Shown: positions 19,544 to 28,212 of the stretch, in pieces
Layout of the letters: each line of letters begins with the position of its first letter
How positions within the stretch are numbered: position 1 is the first letter of the stretch
Origin: a virus
Taxonomy: Duplodnaviria; Heunggongvirae; Uroviricota; Caudoviricetes
Length of the DNA: 64,000 bases
IMG/VR virus record: IMGVR_UViG_3300025015_000009
Span: 224,001-288,000 of that record
Reading direction: 5' to 3' (one strand)
Translations under genes and position numbers: made by a program
Notes under the pieces: model-generated
What the model saw: the letters and a program-made list of their open reading frames with translations, nothing else
What the model was told of the DNA's origin: nothing
The model's database searches: none

Positions 19544-20644
19544 TCAGTTGCGATCCGCGAGCACGTATTTCCCGTATTTCGCTTGGAAATCGTTGAAACT
19601 TGGCATCTTCCCTGGAACAAACGGCAGGTTATACACTGTGAGCGCAACTCTGACCGCCATAACTACGAGTTCGGTAGTGAAGTTATTCATCGAGAACTGG
19701 AGGAAGTTATTTGCCATCGTGTGCCACTTTGCTGTGTCTTTCGTCTTGCTCATCTTGTCGTGAGCATCTTTCAACTCGTAACACATTGACGTGACCAACG
19801 AGTACATTGCTGAGATTTCCTTGGTCTTGAGTTCAGTGACCTTTCCCATCAAGATGTCGGTTGGGTTTGGCATTTTCGCAGCCACTTTACGGTGCGCCAT
19901 GAACTTAACAGCGAGACCTTCACCTACTGCACCCGATACCAAATCAACTACTTCGCTGTCTGGAGCATCGTCGTCCAACAGTTGGCTTACAAATTCCCAA
20001 CTGCGCGGTGTAGCAAACGAACGGCTGGGACTGCGCGGATCAAAGTCAAACAGATCGTTTTTTGCGAAGTTCAAATAACCAACTACGTCCTTATGAATCA
20101 TTTGATTCACAGCCCACTCGTTCCAGCTGTCAAAGTCCACACGAAGCTCCAAGTGAACAAAGCGATTCGCCAATGGACTTGGCATACGATATGTCACGCC
20201 CTTGTCGCCGTCGCGATTACCGGCCGCTACAATTACTACATTGTCAGGCAAAACATACTTGCCGATTTGGCGGTTCAAAATAAGTTGATATGCTGCCGCT
20301 TGTACCGCTGGCGCCGCCCCGTTAACTTCATCGAGAAACAGAACAACGATCGGATACTTCTCACACGTATCTGGATCTGGCAAGTCAATCGGCGGAGCCC
20401 AATCCATGATATTTCGCTCCTTGTTGTAATATGGCATGCCGCGTAAGTCAGTTGGCTCCAGGAGAGGAAGTCGCAAGTCGTACAGTTTACCGCCGAGTTC
20501 CTCAGCAATTTGAGCAACGACAGATGATTTACCAGCGCCTGGAGGACCCCATAGCATCAGAGGGCGTTTAATCTTCATACAACGGATAATACCGCGACGT
20601 GCTTCTTTTGTGCTAACTGTGCGATTTGTGGAAATTTCAGCCAT
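19544..20644 (-). CDS. MoxR-like AAA+ ATPase
   Basis: GPPGAGKS Walker A, FLDE Walker B, AAGN sensor, LANRF; AGGAG RBS. Confidence 0.9.
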   Translation of the reverse strand: MAEISTNRTVSTKEARRGIIRCMKIKRPLMLWGPPGAGKSSVVAQIAEELGGKLYDLRLPLLEPTDLRGMPYYNKERNIMDWAPPIDLPDPDTCEKYPIVVLFLDEVNGAAPAVQAAAYQLILNRQIGKYVLPDNVVIVAAGNRDGDKGVTYRMPSPLANRFVHLELRVDFDSWNEWAVNQMIHKDVVGYLNFAKNDLFDFDPRSPSRSFATPRSWEFVSQLLDDDAPDSEVVDLVSGAVGEGLAVKFMAHRKVAAKMPNPTDILMGKVTELKTKEISAMYSLVTSMCYELKDAHDKMSKTKDTAKWHTMANNFLQFSMNNFTTELVVMAVRVALTVYNLPFVPGKMPSFNDFQAKYGKYVLADRN

Positions 20645-20695
20645 TTGCAACTCCTTTTTGTTAATTAAGAAATGTTACTGCATTTGTTAAACAAC

Positions 20696-20724
20696 ATTAT
20701 ATAGTCATTTACCTACTAAGTCAA
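20696..20724 (-). promoter_or_regulatory. sigma70 promoter
   Basis: TTGACT-N17-TATAAT; near-duplicate of 20875-20903. Confidence 0.8.
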
Positions 20725-20731
20725 CCGAAAC

Positions 20732-20848
20732 TTACAAAAATGACAACAACGCAACTAATCCCAATGAAAACAACCCGGTACAGAGAAGTACAATACATGC
20801 CAACAGCGTGTAAGTTTGCAAGTTTTCCTGGTTAATAGTGCGTCGCAT
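20732..20848 (-). CDS. 38-aa single-TM membrane protein
   Basis: MRRTINQENLQTYTLLACIVLLCTGLFSLGLVALLSFL, with AAGGA RBS and its own promoter. Confidence 0.55.
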   Translation of the reverse strand: MRRTINQENLQTYTLLACIVLLCTGLFSLGLVALLSFL

Positions 20849-20874
20849 CAGTGCGTTTCCTTATTTAAAAAAGC

Positions 20875-20903
20875 ATTATACAGTCATTTATCTACTATGT
20901 CAA
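20875..20903 (-). promoter_or_regulatory. sigma70 promoter (perfect consensus)
   Basis: TTGACA-N17-TATAAT. Confidence 0.85.
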
Positions 20904-20973
20904 CCGAATATATTTAGGCATATTGGAACGCATTGATTTATGTGGATATCAGAATCAGGTGATAAATAATAAT

Positions 20974-22572
20974 ATGATACCTAAGTGTGAAAACCCAACA
21001 TGTAACAACGCAGCCGCCCCCAATTCAACGAACACTGGTTATGTTCGACATTGTTCCAGAGTATGTCGATCGTTTTGTAACTCGTCAAACGGAAAGGAGA
21101 AAAGGAAGTTAACATGTTTAGCAAGATATGGAGCAACGACCAATTTAGTAACCGCTGGCACCAAACATAAGATCAAAGAAACGTGCTTACAGAAATATGG
21201 ATGCGACCATGCAATGAAAGGTGCGACATCTAAGGAGAAGATTAAGAGAAGCAAACTAGAAAAATATGGAGATGAAACATATAACAACCGAGATAAGTTC
21301 AAGTCTACCATTTCTGCATTTAGTCCTGATACAAAAGCCAATATACTCGCTCGACGGAAGAATACTGTAAGTGAGAAGTTTGGTGTAGATCATATTACAC
21401 AATCGTCTGTATTTAAAGAGAAGGCCACAGTTACTAACTTGCAAAAATACGGAGTAAGTAACCCGGCGAAAGCGGCATCAACGAAAAAGAAAATATCAAC
21501 AACTATGCTGACGAAGTTCGGAGCACATTATTCTCAGCAACACATATCACTCGATTCGTTGACTAACCTGTCGTCGGTTCTATATTTAGAGGCACAAAAA
21601 CATAGATCGTTGTTAGATATCAGCAAAGAGTTATCCGTTTCTTACCATACTGTTGGTGCAGCGTACAAGAAATATAATATAGAACGTACATTTGATGGAT
21701 ATAATCAGTCCCAGGCTGAAATCGAGATAGCAGACTACATTCGTTCGCTCGGTTTTACAGTTAAGGCGAACGTCAGAGGTATCATTGGTAATAAGGAAAT
21801 CGACATACTGGTTCAGGAAAAGAATATTGGAATCGAGTACCACGGCTTGTTTTGGCATTGCGAGGCGAGCTCAGGGAAAGATAAACGGTACCATCTTGAC
21901 AAGATGATAGCATGTAAAGAGAAAGGTATTGCGTTAATCCAGATAATAGATTACGAGTGGTTAACTAAACAAGACATCGTTAAATCTCGCATTGCAAATA
22001 AACTTGGGGTAAGCAGTCGAGTTGTATATGGTCGGAGTTGTCAGGTAAGGAATGTTAACTCGGCAGATGCCGCTGCATTTTTAGACGAAACCCATATCCA
22101 AGGGGCATGTACTGCTAGTAGAAGACTGGGGTTGTATGTTGATGACGAATTAGTAGCACTGATGACATTCGGACGTTCTAGATTCGACAAAAAAGTACAA
22201 TGGGAGTTGCTACGGTACTCGGTGTTGTTACATACCAAAGTAATAGGCGGAGCAAGTAAGCTATTTCAGTATTTTGTTAGAACACAAAGCCCAACGTCGA
22301 TTGTTAGTTACTGCGACCTTAGATGGAACACCGGAGTAGTGTATCAGAAGTGTGGATTTACACACATCAAAGATACTGATCCGAATTACTGGTACACCAA
22401 ACAACACATTACGTTTGAGTCAAGGATGGCTTACCAGAAACACAAACTATGCGATAAGTTATTAACGTTCAATCCGGGATTAACCGAGTGGGATAATATG
22501 GTTGCAAATGGGTATGATCGGTTCTGGGATTGTGGTAATTCAGTCTGGCACTATTATTCAGATAAACAGTAA
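20974..22572 (+). CDS. Free-standing homing-endonuclease-like protein (Zn motif, KYG repeats, HTH, PD-(D/E)XK, GNAT/Mom-like C-terminus)
   Basis: HCSRVC, T.L.KYG repeats, EIDI..IGIEYHGLFWH, FLDETHIQG..WELLRY..SYCDLRW..RFWDCGN. Antisense to neighbours, with ATAAATA upstream. Confidence 0.75.
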   Translation: MIPKCENPTCNNAAAPNSTNTGYVRHCSRVCRSFCNSSNGKEKRKLTCLARYGATTNLVTAGTKHKIKETCLQKYGCDHAMKGATSKEKIKRSKLEKYGDETYNNRDKFKSTISAFSPDTKANILARRKNTVSEKFGVDHITQSSVFKEKATVTNLQKYGVSNPAKAASTKKKISTTMLTKFGAHYSQQHISLDSLTNLSSVLYLEAQKHRSLLDISKELSVSYHTVGAAYKKYNIERTFDGYNQSQAEIEIADYIRSLGFTVKANVRGIIGNKEIDILVQEKNIGIEYHGLFWHCEASSGKDKRYHLDKMIACKEKGIALIQIIDYEWLTKQDIVKSRIANKLGVSSRVVYGRSCQVRNVNSADAAAFLDETHIQGACTASRRLGLYVDDELVALMTFGRSRFDKKVQWELLRYSVLLHTKVIGGASKLFQYFVRTQSPTSIVSYCDLRWNTGVVYQKCGFTHIKDTDPNYWYTKQHITFESRMAYQKHKLCDKLLTFNPGLTEWDNMVANGYDRFWDCGNSVWHYYSDKQ

Positions 22573-22606
22573 TTATGTTTAGTATCTAGCTAACACGATT
22601 GTCGCA

Positions 22607-23101
22607 TCACTTACTAGGGTCGTTTGATTTTTCTTTTGTAAGTTCAACAACCAACAAGAACTGTTCGTACGCGGCGCGAACAGTATCGTTTTTTAGGGTT
22701 TCAACAGCAGCATCTTGAATTACCTGGAGAACATTCTTGCTTACGTCGTGTATACTGTCTCGCTGTAACGTGTCAAACCTCCGATTGAATAATACTTCGA
22801 CTTGGTCCAATGCCGCTTTCTGTTCAGGCGTAGAGACCAATGGTGTTGGAATACGAAACTTCTCTGCTTCTTGCATAATGTCGATTAGTTTTGGTTGAAG
22901 AATCATAGCAGCAGCAACAAACGGAACCAATGCAGGGTCTACCTTAAATCGACGGGTCCATCCGTTTTCTGTTACATTCTGTAAATGAACGCCCAACGAT
23001 AATCTTTCGCCAGAATCGGGTATATACTTTGCAACCGGAACATATACGTTGCGGCTACCTTTTTTCACTCGCTTATACAGCGTTGTTTCGTCTGTGGTCA
23101 T
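22607..23101 (-). CDS. Hypothetical protein
   Basis: Clean ORF. Confidence 0.6.
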   Translation of the reverse strand: MTTDETTLYKRVKKGSRNVYVPVAKYIPDSGERLSLGVHLQNVTENGWTRRFKVDPALVPFVAAAMILQPKLIDIMQEAEKFRIPTPLVSTPEQKAALDQVEVLFNRRFDTLQRDSIHDVSKNVLQVIQDAAVETLKNDTVRAAYEQFLLVVELTKEKSNDPSK

Positions 23102-23107
23102 ATCAAC

Positions 23108-23305
23108 TTACCGTTGTTTGAGTTTTGCTACAGCGGCCATATAAATGGCGCGGCCTTGTTCTTCAGTCTCGGTTTCGATGCATTCTTGACAAGTGTGCCC
23201 GTTTGGGTAAATCGCCACATAAAAAAGATTGTCGTCCTTATATAAGGCAACATACCAGGGCATTGAGAAATCATCTCCGTTAAACCCGGCTTCTGAACAG
23301 ATCAT
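23108..23305 (-). CDS. Hypothetical protein
   Basis: AAGGAG RBS. Confidence 0.55.
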   Translation of the reverse strand: MICSEAGFNGDDFSMPWYVALYKDDNLFYVAIYPNGHTCQECIETETEEQGRAIYMAAVAKLKQR

Positions 23306-23344
23306 TTGGTTACTCCTTGTTAGATTAAACTGTTACTTGCGGGT

Positions 23345-23860
23345 ACAATGCCGTTGCCCGTTACTCTACCACTCTTTGGTTCCATCTGCGTATTCAACAG
23401 CGGGACCATCTTCTCTGTGCAATTTGCCGGTGGTATACCACCGTTTGGTTCCATCTGCGTATATAACTGCTGGACCATCTTCTCTGTAACAGTCGCCGTT
23501 GATATACCACTCTTTGGTTCCATCTGCGTATATAACTGCTGGACCATCTTCTCTGTAACAGTCGCCGTTGATATACCACTCTTTGGTTCCATCTGCGTAT
23601 ATAATAGCGGGACCATCTTCTCTGTGCAACTTGCCGATGAGATACCACTCTTTGGTTCCATTTGCGTGGACCACTGCAGGGCCATCTTCTCTGTGCCGTA
23701 GGCCGTTGATATACCACTCTTTGGTTCCATCTGCGTATTCAACAGCGGGACCATCTTCTCTGTGACATTCGCCGTTGATATACCACTCTTTGGTTCCATC
23801 TGCGTGGACCACTGCAGGACCATCTTCTCTGTGACAGTCGCCGTTGACATAATAGTATTC
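23345..23860 (-). repeat. 69-bp tandem repeat array, about 7 copies
   Basis: ccatcttctctgt recurs every 69 bp (23406, 23475, 23544...). Confidence 0.95.
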
Positions 23861-23923
23861 GGTGCCGTGCTCGTCAACGACAAATTTTGTTTTAAGTAAA
23901 GAAAGCAGGGATTCGGGGGACAT
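23366..23923 (-). CDS. HREDGPA-repeat (MORN-like beta-hairpin repeat) protein
   Basis: Seven 23-aa repeats. Ends at TAG in mid-repeat, with repeat-like SNGQRH continuing to 23333. Confidence 0.8.
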   Translation of the reverse strand: MSPESLLSLLKTKFVVDEHGTEYYYVNGDCHREDGPAVVHADGTKEWYINGECHREDGPAVEYADGTKEWYINGLRHREDGPAVVHANGTKEWYLIGKLHREDGPAIIYADGTKEWYINGDCYREDGPAVIYADGTKEWYINGDCYREDGPAVIYADGTKRWYTTGKLHREDGPAVEYADGTKEW

Positions 23924-23935
23924 TGTCGTTTTCTG

Positions 23936-24226
23936 CTAATACTTAAACTTAAGAGTAATATGATCCAGGCGGTGTAAAGCGGTGCCAGATTCACTGACCC
24001 GATGCCCGTTGATCCACCACTCTTTGTGCCCGTTATTGTATATAATAGCGGGGCCATCTTCTCTGTGCAATTTGCCGTTGGTGTACCATTGCTTCCCGCC
24101 ATTTGCGTATATAATAGCGGGACCATCTTCTCTGTGCAATTTGCCGTTGATGTAATAGTACTCGGTGCCGTGCTCGTCAATGACAATTTCGGTTTTAAGT
24201 AAAGAAAGTAGGGATTCGGGGGACAT
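23936..24226 (-). CDS. Shorter HREDGPA-repeat paralogue
   Basis: Same MSPESLLSLLKT N-terminus as 23366-23923; two intact repeats. Confidence 0.75.
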   Translation of the reverse strand: MSPESLLSLLKTEIVIDEHGTEYYYINGKLHREDGPAIIYANGGKQWYTNGKLHREDGPAIIYNNGHKEWWINGHRVSESGTALHRLDHITLKFKY

Positions 24227-24228
24227 TG

Positions 24229-24384
24229 TCACAGTCCGTTGATAATTATGTACGCCGCAGCAAATACGGTCAGGCCCAAGACAAACTTAATCGTAATGTT
24301 AATCCAGTTTTTGTTTGACCAGATAATGAACATGAATAGAGAGAGTAAACCAGTTGCTGCAACATACCACATAATCAGATCCAT
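24229..24384 (-). CDS. Small two-TM membrane protein
   Basis: MDLIMWYVAATGLLSLFMFIIW..FVLGLTVFAAAYIIINGL; AGGAG RBS. Confidence 0.55.
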   Translation of the reverse strand: MDLIMWYVAATGLLSLFMFIIWSNKNWINITIKFVLGLTVFAAAYIIINGL

Positions 24385-24396
24385 ACTGTTCTCCTG

Positions 24397-24605
24397 TTAA
24401 TTTGACATAGTAACCTGAAAAGTGGCAGAGTTGTGGCAGACAACTGTGAACCTTTGTTTAACTATATAACTAGCTTCGACTAGATATACTCCGTTGTTAT
24501 TTAAGCACAGTTCGGTGGCCCGCTTCCAATGTAGATCGCTCACTGGTACTGGCATACATCCAGTGAGACTAACAAGCAAAAGGTTGCAACAATAGATGTT
24601 TTCAT
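24397..24605 (-). pseudogene. Lipoprotein gene frameshifted in its signal peptide
   Basis: ATG 24605 (AGGA RBS) gives MKTSIVAT.. but lipobox LVSLTGC is in another frame; adding 1 nt near 24580 restores it. Confidence 0.55.
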
Positions 24606-24614
24606 TATAGTTTC

Positions 24615-25001
24615 CTAGTGGTTCATCGTTTCAATGTAGTTCTTACGAATCGCATCGGCTTCGTTAAAATCGAAGTTCCTCCAGGAAAAAGTATACAAGT
24701 CCAGTTTATGCGTTCTGGCCATGCTCGATCCTGGGTATGAACATATTGTAACACACTTGTCGGTAATCTTGGTAATCTTCCCGCAGTAAGACAAGTTATA
24801 CGAATCATATTCAGCTGTGTCACCGATGTTAAATGACGAACCAGCAGTGGTTACTCCCTGTTTTTCGCGGAACACTTGAATACCGGCATATCCGTTAATG
24901 GATACTCCAGTTAGTGCAACTGAATATTCTGTTTGTACGCTTGGTTGTACTACACCACGAATCTTACGGGCTTTGGACATCACACGAGTTAAGTTTGCCA
25001 T
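24615..25001 (-). CDS. Hypothetical early protein
   Basis: GGAG RBS inside promoter cassette; AEYDSYNLSYCGKI. Confidence 0.65.
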   Translation of the reverse strand: MANLTRVMSKARKIRGVVQPSVQTEYSVALTGVSINGYAGIQVFREKQGVTTAGSSFNIGDTAEYDSYNLSYCGKITKITDKCVTICSYPGSSMARTHKLDLYTFSWRNFDFNEADAIRKNYIETMNH

Positions 25002-25005
25002 TTTC

Positions 25006-25066
25006 TCTGTCTCCGTTTTGTTATTCAATGTAGACATTATACACTCTTTAACCAAAAAGTCAACCG
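25006..25066 (-). repeat. Promoter+RBS cassette, copy A1
   Basis: About 60 bp nearly identical to 25895-25955; contains TTGACT-N16-TATAAT and ACGGAGACAGA. Confidence 0.9.
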
Positions 25067-25163
25067 AAATAAGTCACATGTAAGTCGTTGTTTACTTACA
25101 CATAATATCAGAGAATATCGGTGTTTATTCGATATAAACCGTTGACAGCGTGTGGTATTGTTG

Positions 25164-25367
25164 TTATTTCCATTTAAGTGCAAACATTGTTGCATCTGTT
25201 TCGTTGACAAACCAAAAGTTGTAGGACCATCGATAGTCATCTACCTCCCACTTATCACCAGGATAGCCAACGACCTCATTTAGGTACTCTTCATACATTG
25301 CTATTTTATTAGTTCCGAACTCCGATGAGATGCTGACCGAATACCGGAAATCAAAGCATGTTGACAT
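25164..25367 (-). CDS. F..DA.LF.L.W family small protein
   Basis: C-terminus FVNETDATMFALKWK. Confidence 0.7.
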   Translation of the reverse strand: MSTCFDFRYSVSISSEFGTNKIAMYEEYLNEVVGYPGDKWEVDDYRWSYNFWFVNETDATMFALKWK

Positions 25368-25376
25368 GTTTGCTGC

Positions 25377-25607
25377 TCAGTCTGTTAATCTACTGATAAA
25401 GTCGACGCAATTCTTGTCACGGCGCACGGAGTTCTTAAACACAGAAAAAACCGCTCGACCAACTGCGATTTTCATATTGACTTTATTTACTTTAAGGACG
25501 GTGCCAAATACTTTATGTCCGTATTTAGAATGATAGAACACTGACTCGCCAACTTTAATCGGACCAGGCTTCTCGGGTATAACGGTTTCTACGTAGATCG
25601 GTTTCAT
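25377..25607 (-). CDS. Hypothetical protein (SH3-like)
   Basis: AGGA RBS; IKVGESV..GTVLKVN. Confidence 0.55.
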   Translation of the reverse strand: MKPIYVETVIPEKPGPIKVGESVFYHSKYGHKVFGTVLKVNKVNMKIAVGRAVFSVFKNSVRRDKNCVDFISRLTD

Positions 25608-25611
25608 GTTT

Positions 25612-25893
25612 TTATCCTAGCACTTGTTGACGCCTAATTTGCGTTTGACCGACTTTCGTGTTTGCGTAATCATGCCCAACTGATACGTATACCTGATGGT
25701 CACTAAAAATGTCTGCTTCTCCGGTTTCAACATAATGCATTGCGGCAATACGATGCTTGTCTGGATTGCGTATTTTTCCGAGTCTAATCCCGTCGCCATA
25801 TGGATCATCGAGCCACAAACCAACCTTGGCTGCATCGACGTCAGACAACTGGTTTTTGCGAGCTTTAGTATAAACTGGTGTTGAGTTCGGCAT
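25612..25893 (-). CDS. Hypothetical early protein
   Basis: Starts directly after the promoter+RBS cassette. Confidence 0.55.
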   Translation of the reverse strand: MPNSTPVYTKARKNQLSDVDAAKVGLWLDDPYGDGIRLGKIRNPDKHRIAAMHYVETGEADIFSDHQVYVSVGHDYANTKVGQTQIRRQQVLG

Positions 25894-25894
25894 T

Positions 25895-25955
25895 TCTGTC
25901 TCCGTTTCGTTACTCAATGTAGACATTATACACTCTTTAACCAAAAAGTCAACCG
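25895..25955 (-). repeat. Promoter+RBS cassette, copy A2
   Basis: Direct repeat of 25006-25066; its -35 TTGA provides the stop codon of 25949-26218. Confidence 0.9.
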
Positions 25956-26218
25956 TTTTGTTCCTCTACTGCGGCAAAGGTTACACCACCGTACCCGTTG
26001 GCTGCAGAATTATTTACTGCATTATTCAGGTTGCTGATCAACGACGTAATGGTGGTTGGTTTGCGATTAATCTTAACATTCCCCTTTTCACGAGAATAGC
26101 TCGCGCCGCATTCTAGGGTGTACGCAAACGACTCAACCAGTTCTGAGACTGTGCCATTGAACTCGATAGTGCTGTTATTGCGATGGGTAGTTTTTGTGAT
26201 GCAGAATGTCTTTGCCAT
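25949..26218 (-). CDS. Hypothetical early protein
   Basis: AAGGA RBS and promoter upstream; YTLECGAS..KINRKPT. Confidence 0.65.
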   Translation of the reverse strand: MAKTFCITKTTHRNNSTIEFNGTVSELVESFAYTLECGASYSREKGNVKINRKPTTITSLISNLNNAVNNSAANGYGGVTFAAVEEQNG

Positions 26219-26246
26219 TTATCGTCTTTCCTTATTTAATAAAAGC

Positions 26247-26304
26247 ATTATAGACTCGTTTAACCAAAAAGTCAACCGAATATGCCGCTTATAACTCGTT
26301 GATT
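26247..26304 (-). promoter_or_regulatory. sigma70 promoter with upstream IHF-consensus site
   Basis: TTGACT-N17-TATAAT (26247-26275); AATCAACGAGTTA at 26292-26304 matches WATCAANNNNTTR. Confidence 0.75.
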
Positions 26305-26405
26305 ATGTTACGGTATTCTGCAGAAATGGCATCAAATCATCGGGAATTTCGACTGTGGTACTGAGTTTTGCGGCAACGTAACAGCGCCACTATCTGCTAT
26401 TGTTT

Positions 26406-26683
26406 TCATTGTGCGTCAATCCCACACGACCCGTTTTTATTAACCGGCACTGGATTAAATAACGAGAATCCGATAAAGTAAATAGGAGCAATAATAGTTT
26501 GAACCAATAGAACTGACCAAACTACGTTGCCGATCGACACTTCGTAGCAGATCTTGTCACTCTTACTTGTTTGTGAGTTAAAAACTCCGTAGGTCGGGTA
26601 TTCTTTTCCGTTGAATGTTCTCGGTTCCCCACAGCCAGTAACTAGTATTGCTGCTATTAGTATTGCTGATATTGTTTTTTCAT
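26406..26683 (-). pseudogene. Lipoprotein gene frameshifted in an A6 run after ATG
   Basis: ATG-A6 gives MKKQYQQY*; A7 would give MKKTISAILIAAILVTGC (lipobox) plus a C-terminal TM segment. Confidence 0.6.
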
Positions 26684-27144
26684 TCTTTGCCCTTTCGTTT
26701 AGATGTGCGTATGTCAATATGCTTGATATGTAACCGAAGAAAAGCAACATCTCTAGTGCCGTCTTGTGCTCGCATAACGTAATGTATTTCTTTTCCTGAC
26801 CGGTACCATTTACAGAATTCTGCCCAGGGTTGTTCTTCATCCCTGGCGTCGCCGACCCAATTGTCGACCCACCAGCTGTTTGTATATCCGTCGGTGAACG
26901 TAATAGTAAGGGTATTCTTGACCCCAACTGAAGCAGTAGGCTCGATCGTTGATTCAGTTGCTTTATTTGAGCCAACTAACTCGATGATTTTTTTCATTGC
27001 TACTGTGAATATATTGTCGGTTACTGGAACGAACCCAGGTGGCGTGCTGCTATACTCTGGGTTAACAACTTCGGTTAACACTGGTAAGTCTTGTTCAGAA
27101 ACAAACGGATTCTTGTTAAAGACTGATAAGTTTTGAGTGAACAT
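26680..27144 (-). CDS. Hypothetical protein
   Basis: Promoter at 27173-27200. Confidence 0.6.
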   Translation of the reverse strand: MFTQNLSVFNKNPFVSEQDLPVLTEVVNPEYSSTPPGFVPVTDNIFTVAMKKIIELVGSNKATESTIEPTASVGVKNTLTITFTDGYTNSWWVDNWVGDARDEEQPWAEFCKWYRSGKEIHYVMRAQDGTRDVAFLRLHIKHIDIRTSKRKGKE

Positions 27145-27172
27145 GCTGTTTATCTTTTTACGTAACAGTTAC

Positions 27173-27200
27173 ATTATACACTCTTTTTATTAAATGTCAA
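27173..27200 (-). promoter_or_regulatory. sigma70 promoter
   Basis: TTGACA-N16-TATAAT. Confidence 0.75.
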
Positions 27201-27460
27201 CCGGTTAAAATCTTAGACACATAGACGAGATTGTTATTGATCCGAGTAGCATGTGGTTCTATTGCCAATGGTGCAGCAAGAGTTTTGCATAACAACCAAT
27301 TGGTATATTCTTGGGCACTGGGGAAATCACCTGTGCTTGTGTCGAAATAGTCTATATAGTAATTCTCCGATCGTATTAGCTCTGCGTACTGTATTGCAGC
27401 AGATTCGTCTAAGAAAAAGGCGTTGTGACCTGGTTGACACTTGTTATATACTATCCACAT
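27197..27460 (-). CDS. MWIVY..WLLCKTLAAP family protein 7
   Basis: Family motifs at both ends. Confidence 0.75.
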   Translation of the reverse strand: MWIVYNKCQPGHNAFFLDESAAIQYAELIRSENYYIDYFDTSTGDFPSAQEYTNWLLCKTLAAPLAIEPHATRINNNLVYVSKILTG

Positions 27461-27485
27461 ATTGTTGTTTTATTGATATTCCATC

Positions 27486-27668
27486 TCACCATAACGGCGC
27501 AGCAAGAGTTTTGCATAACAACCATGCATCATACTCTTCTTCGTTTACTTCCTCTACTAAATGGTTACAGGGGTCTAGTAGGTAATTATATCGAAACTCC
27601 TCCGCGTGTAGCTCGTGTTGGAACATGTTGTTCAGATACGGATGAAATTTGTTGTAAACCACCCACAT
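27486..27668 (-). CDS. MWIVY..WLLCKTLAAP family protein 6
   Basis: MWVVYNK..WLLCKTLAAP; GGAG RBS. Confidence 0.75.
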   Translation of the reverse strand: MWVVYNKFHPYLNNMFQHELHAEEFRYNYLLDPCNHLVEEVNEEEYDAWLLCKTLAAPLW

Positions 27669-27672
27669 GAAA

Positions 27673-27930
27673 TTACTCCGAGTTCGTGCTGAGTTGCATA
27701 CTGTCGACGTATTGTTTTGTTGCATATGATGGCATAAGTCGCGGTTCAGCGTATGCAGGCGCCGAAAGCGTTTTAAGTAGTAACCACGCAGCGTACTCTT
27801 CTTCGGTTACCTCCTCTACTAAGTACTCATCGTCAAAAGATCGATAATACCTACATTGATGTCTGGCAGTGTCTTTATCAAGATATTGAATCGCGTCCGT
27901 CGGTCGGTATTTGTTATAGACCATCCACAT
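27673..27930 (-). CDS. MWIVY..WLLCKTLAAP family protein 5
   Basis: MWMVYNK..WLLLKTLSAP. Confidence 0.75.
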   Translation of the reverse strand: MWMVYNKYRPTDAIQYLDKDTARHQCRYYRSFDDEYLVEEVTEEEYAAWLLLKTLSAPAYAEPRLMPSYATKQYVDSMQLSTNSE

Positions 27931-27987
27931 CCTGGGTACTCCTCACAGTAAACTGGTTAATACGCTCCTTCCTATAGTTCCCAGGTG

Positions 27988-28212
27988 TCAGTATTGTTTT
28001 CGACAAAATTCGTCGAAGGTCATTCTTCTTGGCTCCTGCGGCGCAGCCAGAGTTTTACATAGCAGCCACGTGTCGTGTGTGTCGGGCGGCACAAACTCTA
28101 TGCATTGGGTCTGATCGTCAAGGCACTTCGCGTGGCGATGTTCTTTTGCAGAGTCTTCATCAGGGAAAGACCTATTTTTGCTTGGGTTAAATTTATCGTA
28201 TAAGATCCACAT
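27988..28212 (-). CDS. MWIVY..WLLCKTLAAP family protein 4
   Basis: MWILYDK..WLLCKTLAAP. Confidence 0.75.
   Translation of the reverse strand: MWILYDKFNPSKNRSFPDEDSAKEHRHAKCLDDQTQCIEFVPPDTHDTWLLCKTLAAPQEPRRMTFDEFCRKQY

Noticed and set aside
18179-20517. Multiple plus-strand ORFs of 70-184 aa opposite the VWA and MoxR genes
   Set aside because: Antisense shadows of strongly supported genes, with no RBS or motifs.
23345-24130. Possible CRISPR array or DGR template/variable repeat pair
   Set aside because: Units are contiguous coding repeats with no unique spacers. Differences are not confined to adenines, and no reverse transcriptase or cas gene is in the window.
23320-24186. 288-aa alternative-frame ORF and several antisense ORFs over the 69-bp repeats
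   Set aside because: Stop-free shadow frames created by the repeat. The HREDGPA frame has the recognisable motif and paired starts.
27931-27987. Intergenic inverted repeat CCTGGG..CCCAGG as a tRNA or ncRNA
   Set aside because: No cloverleaf or T-loop consensus; too little evidence. No tRNA was recognised anywhere in the window.
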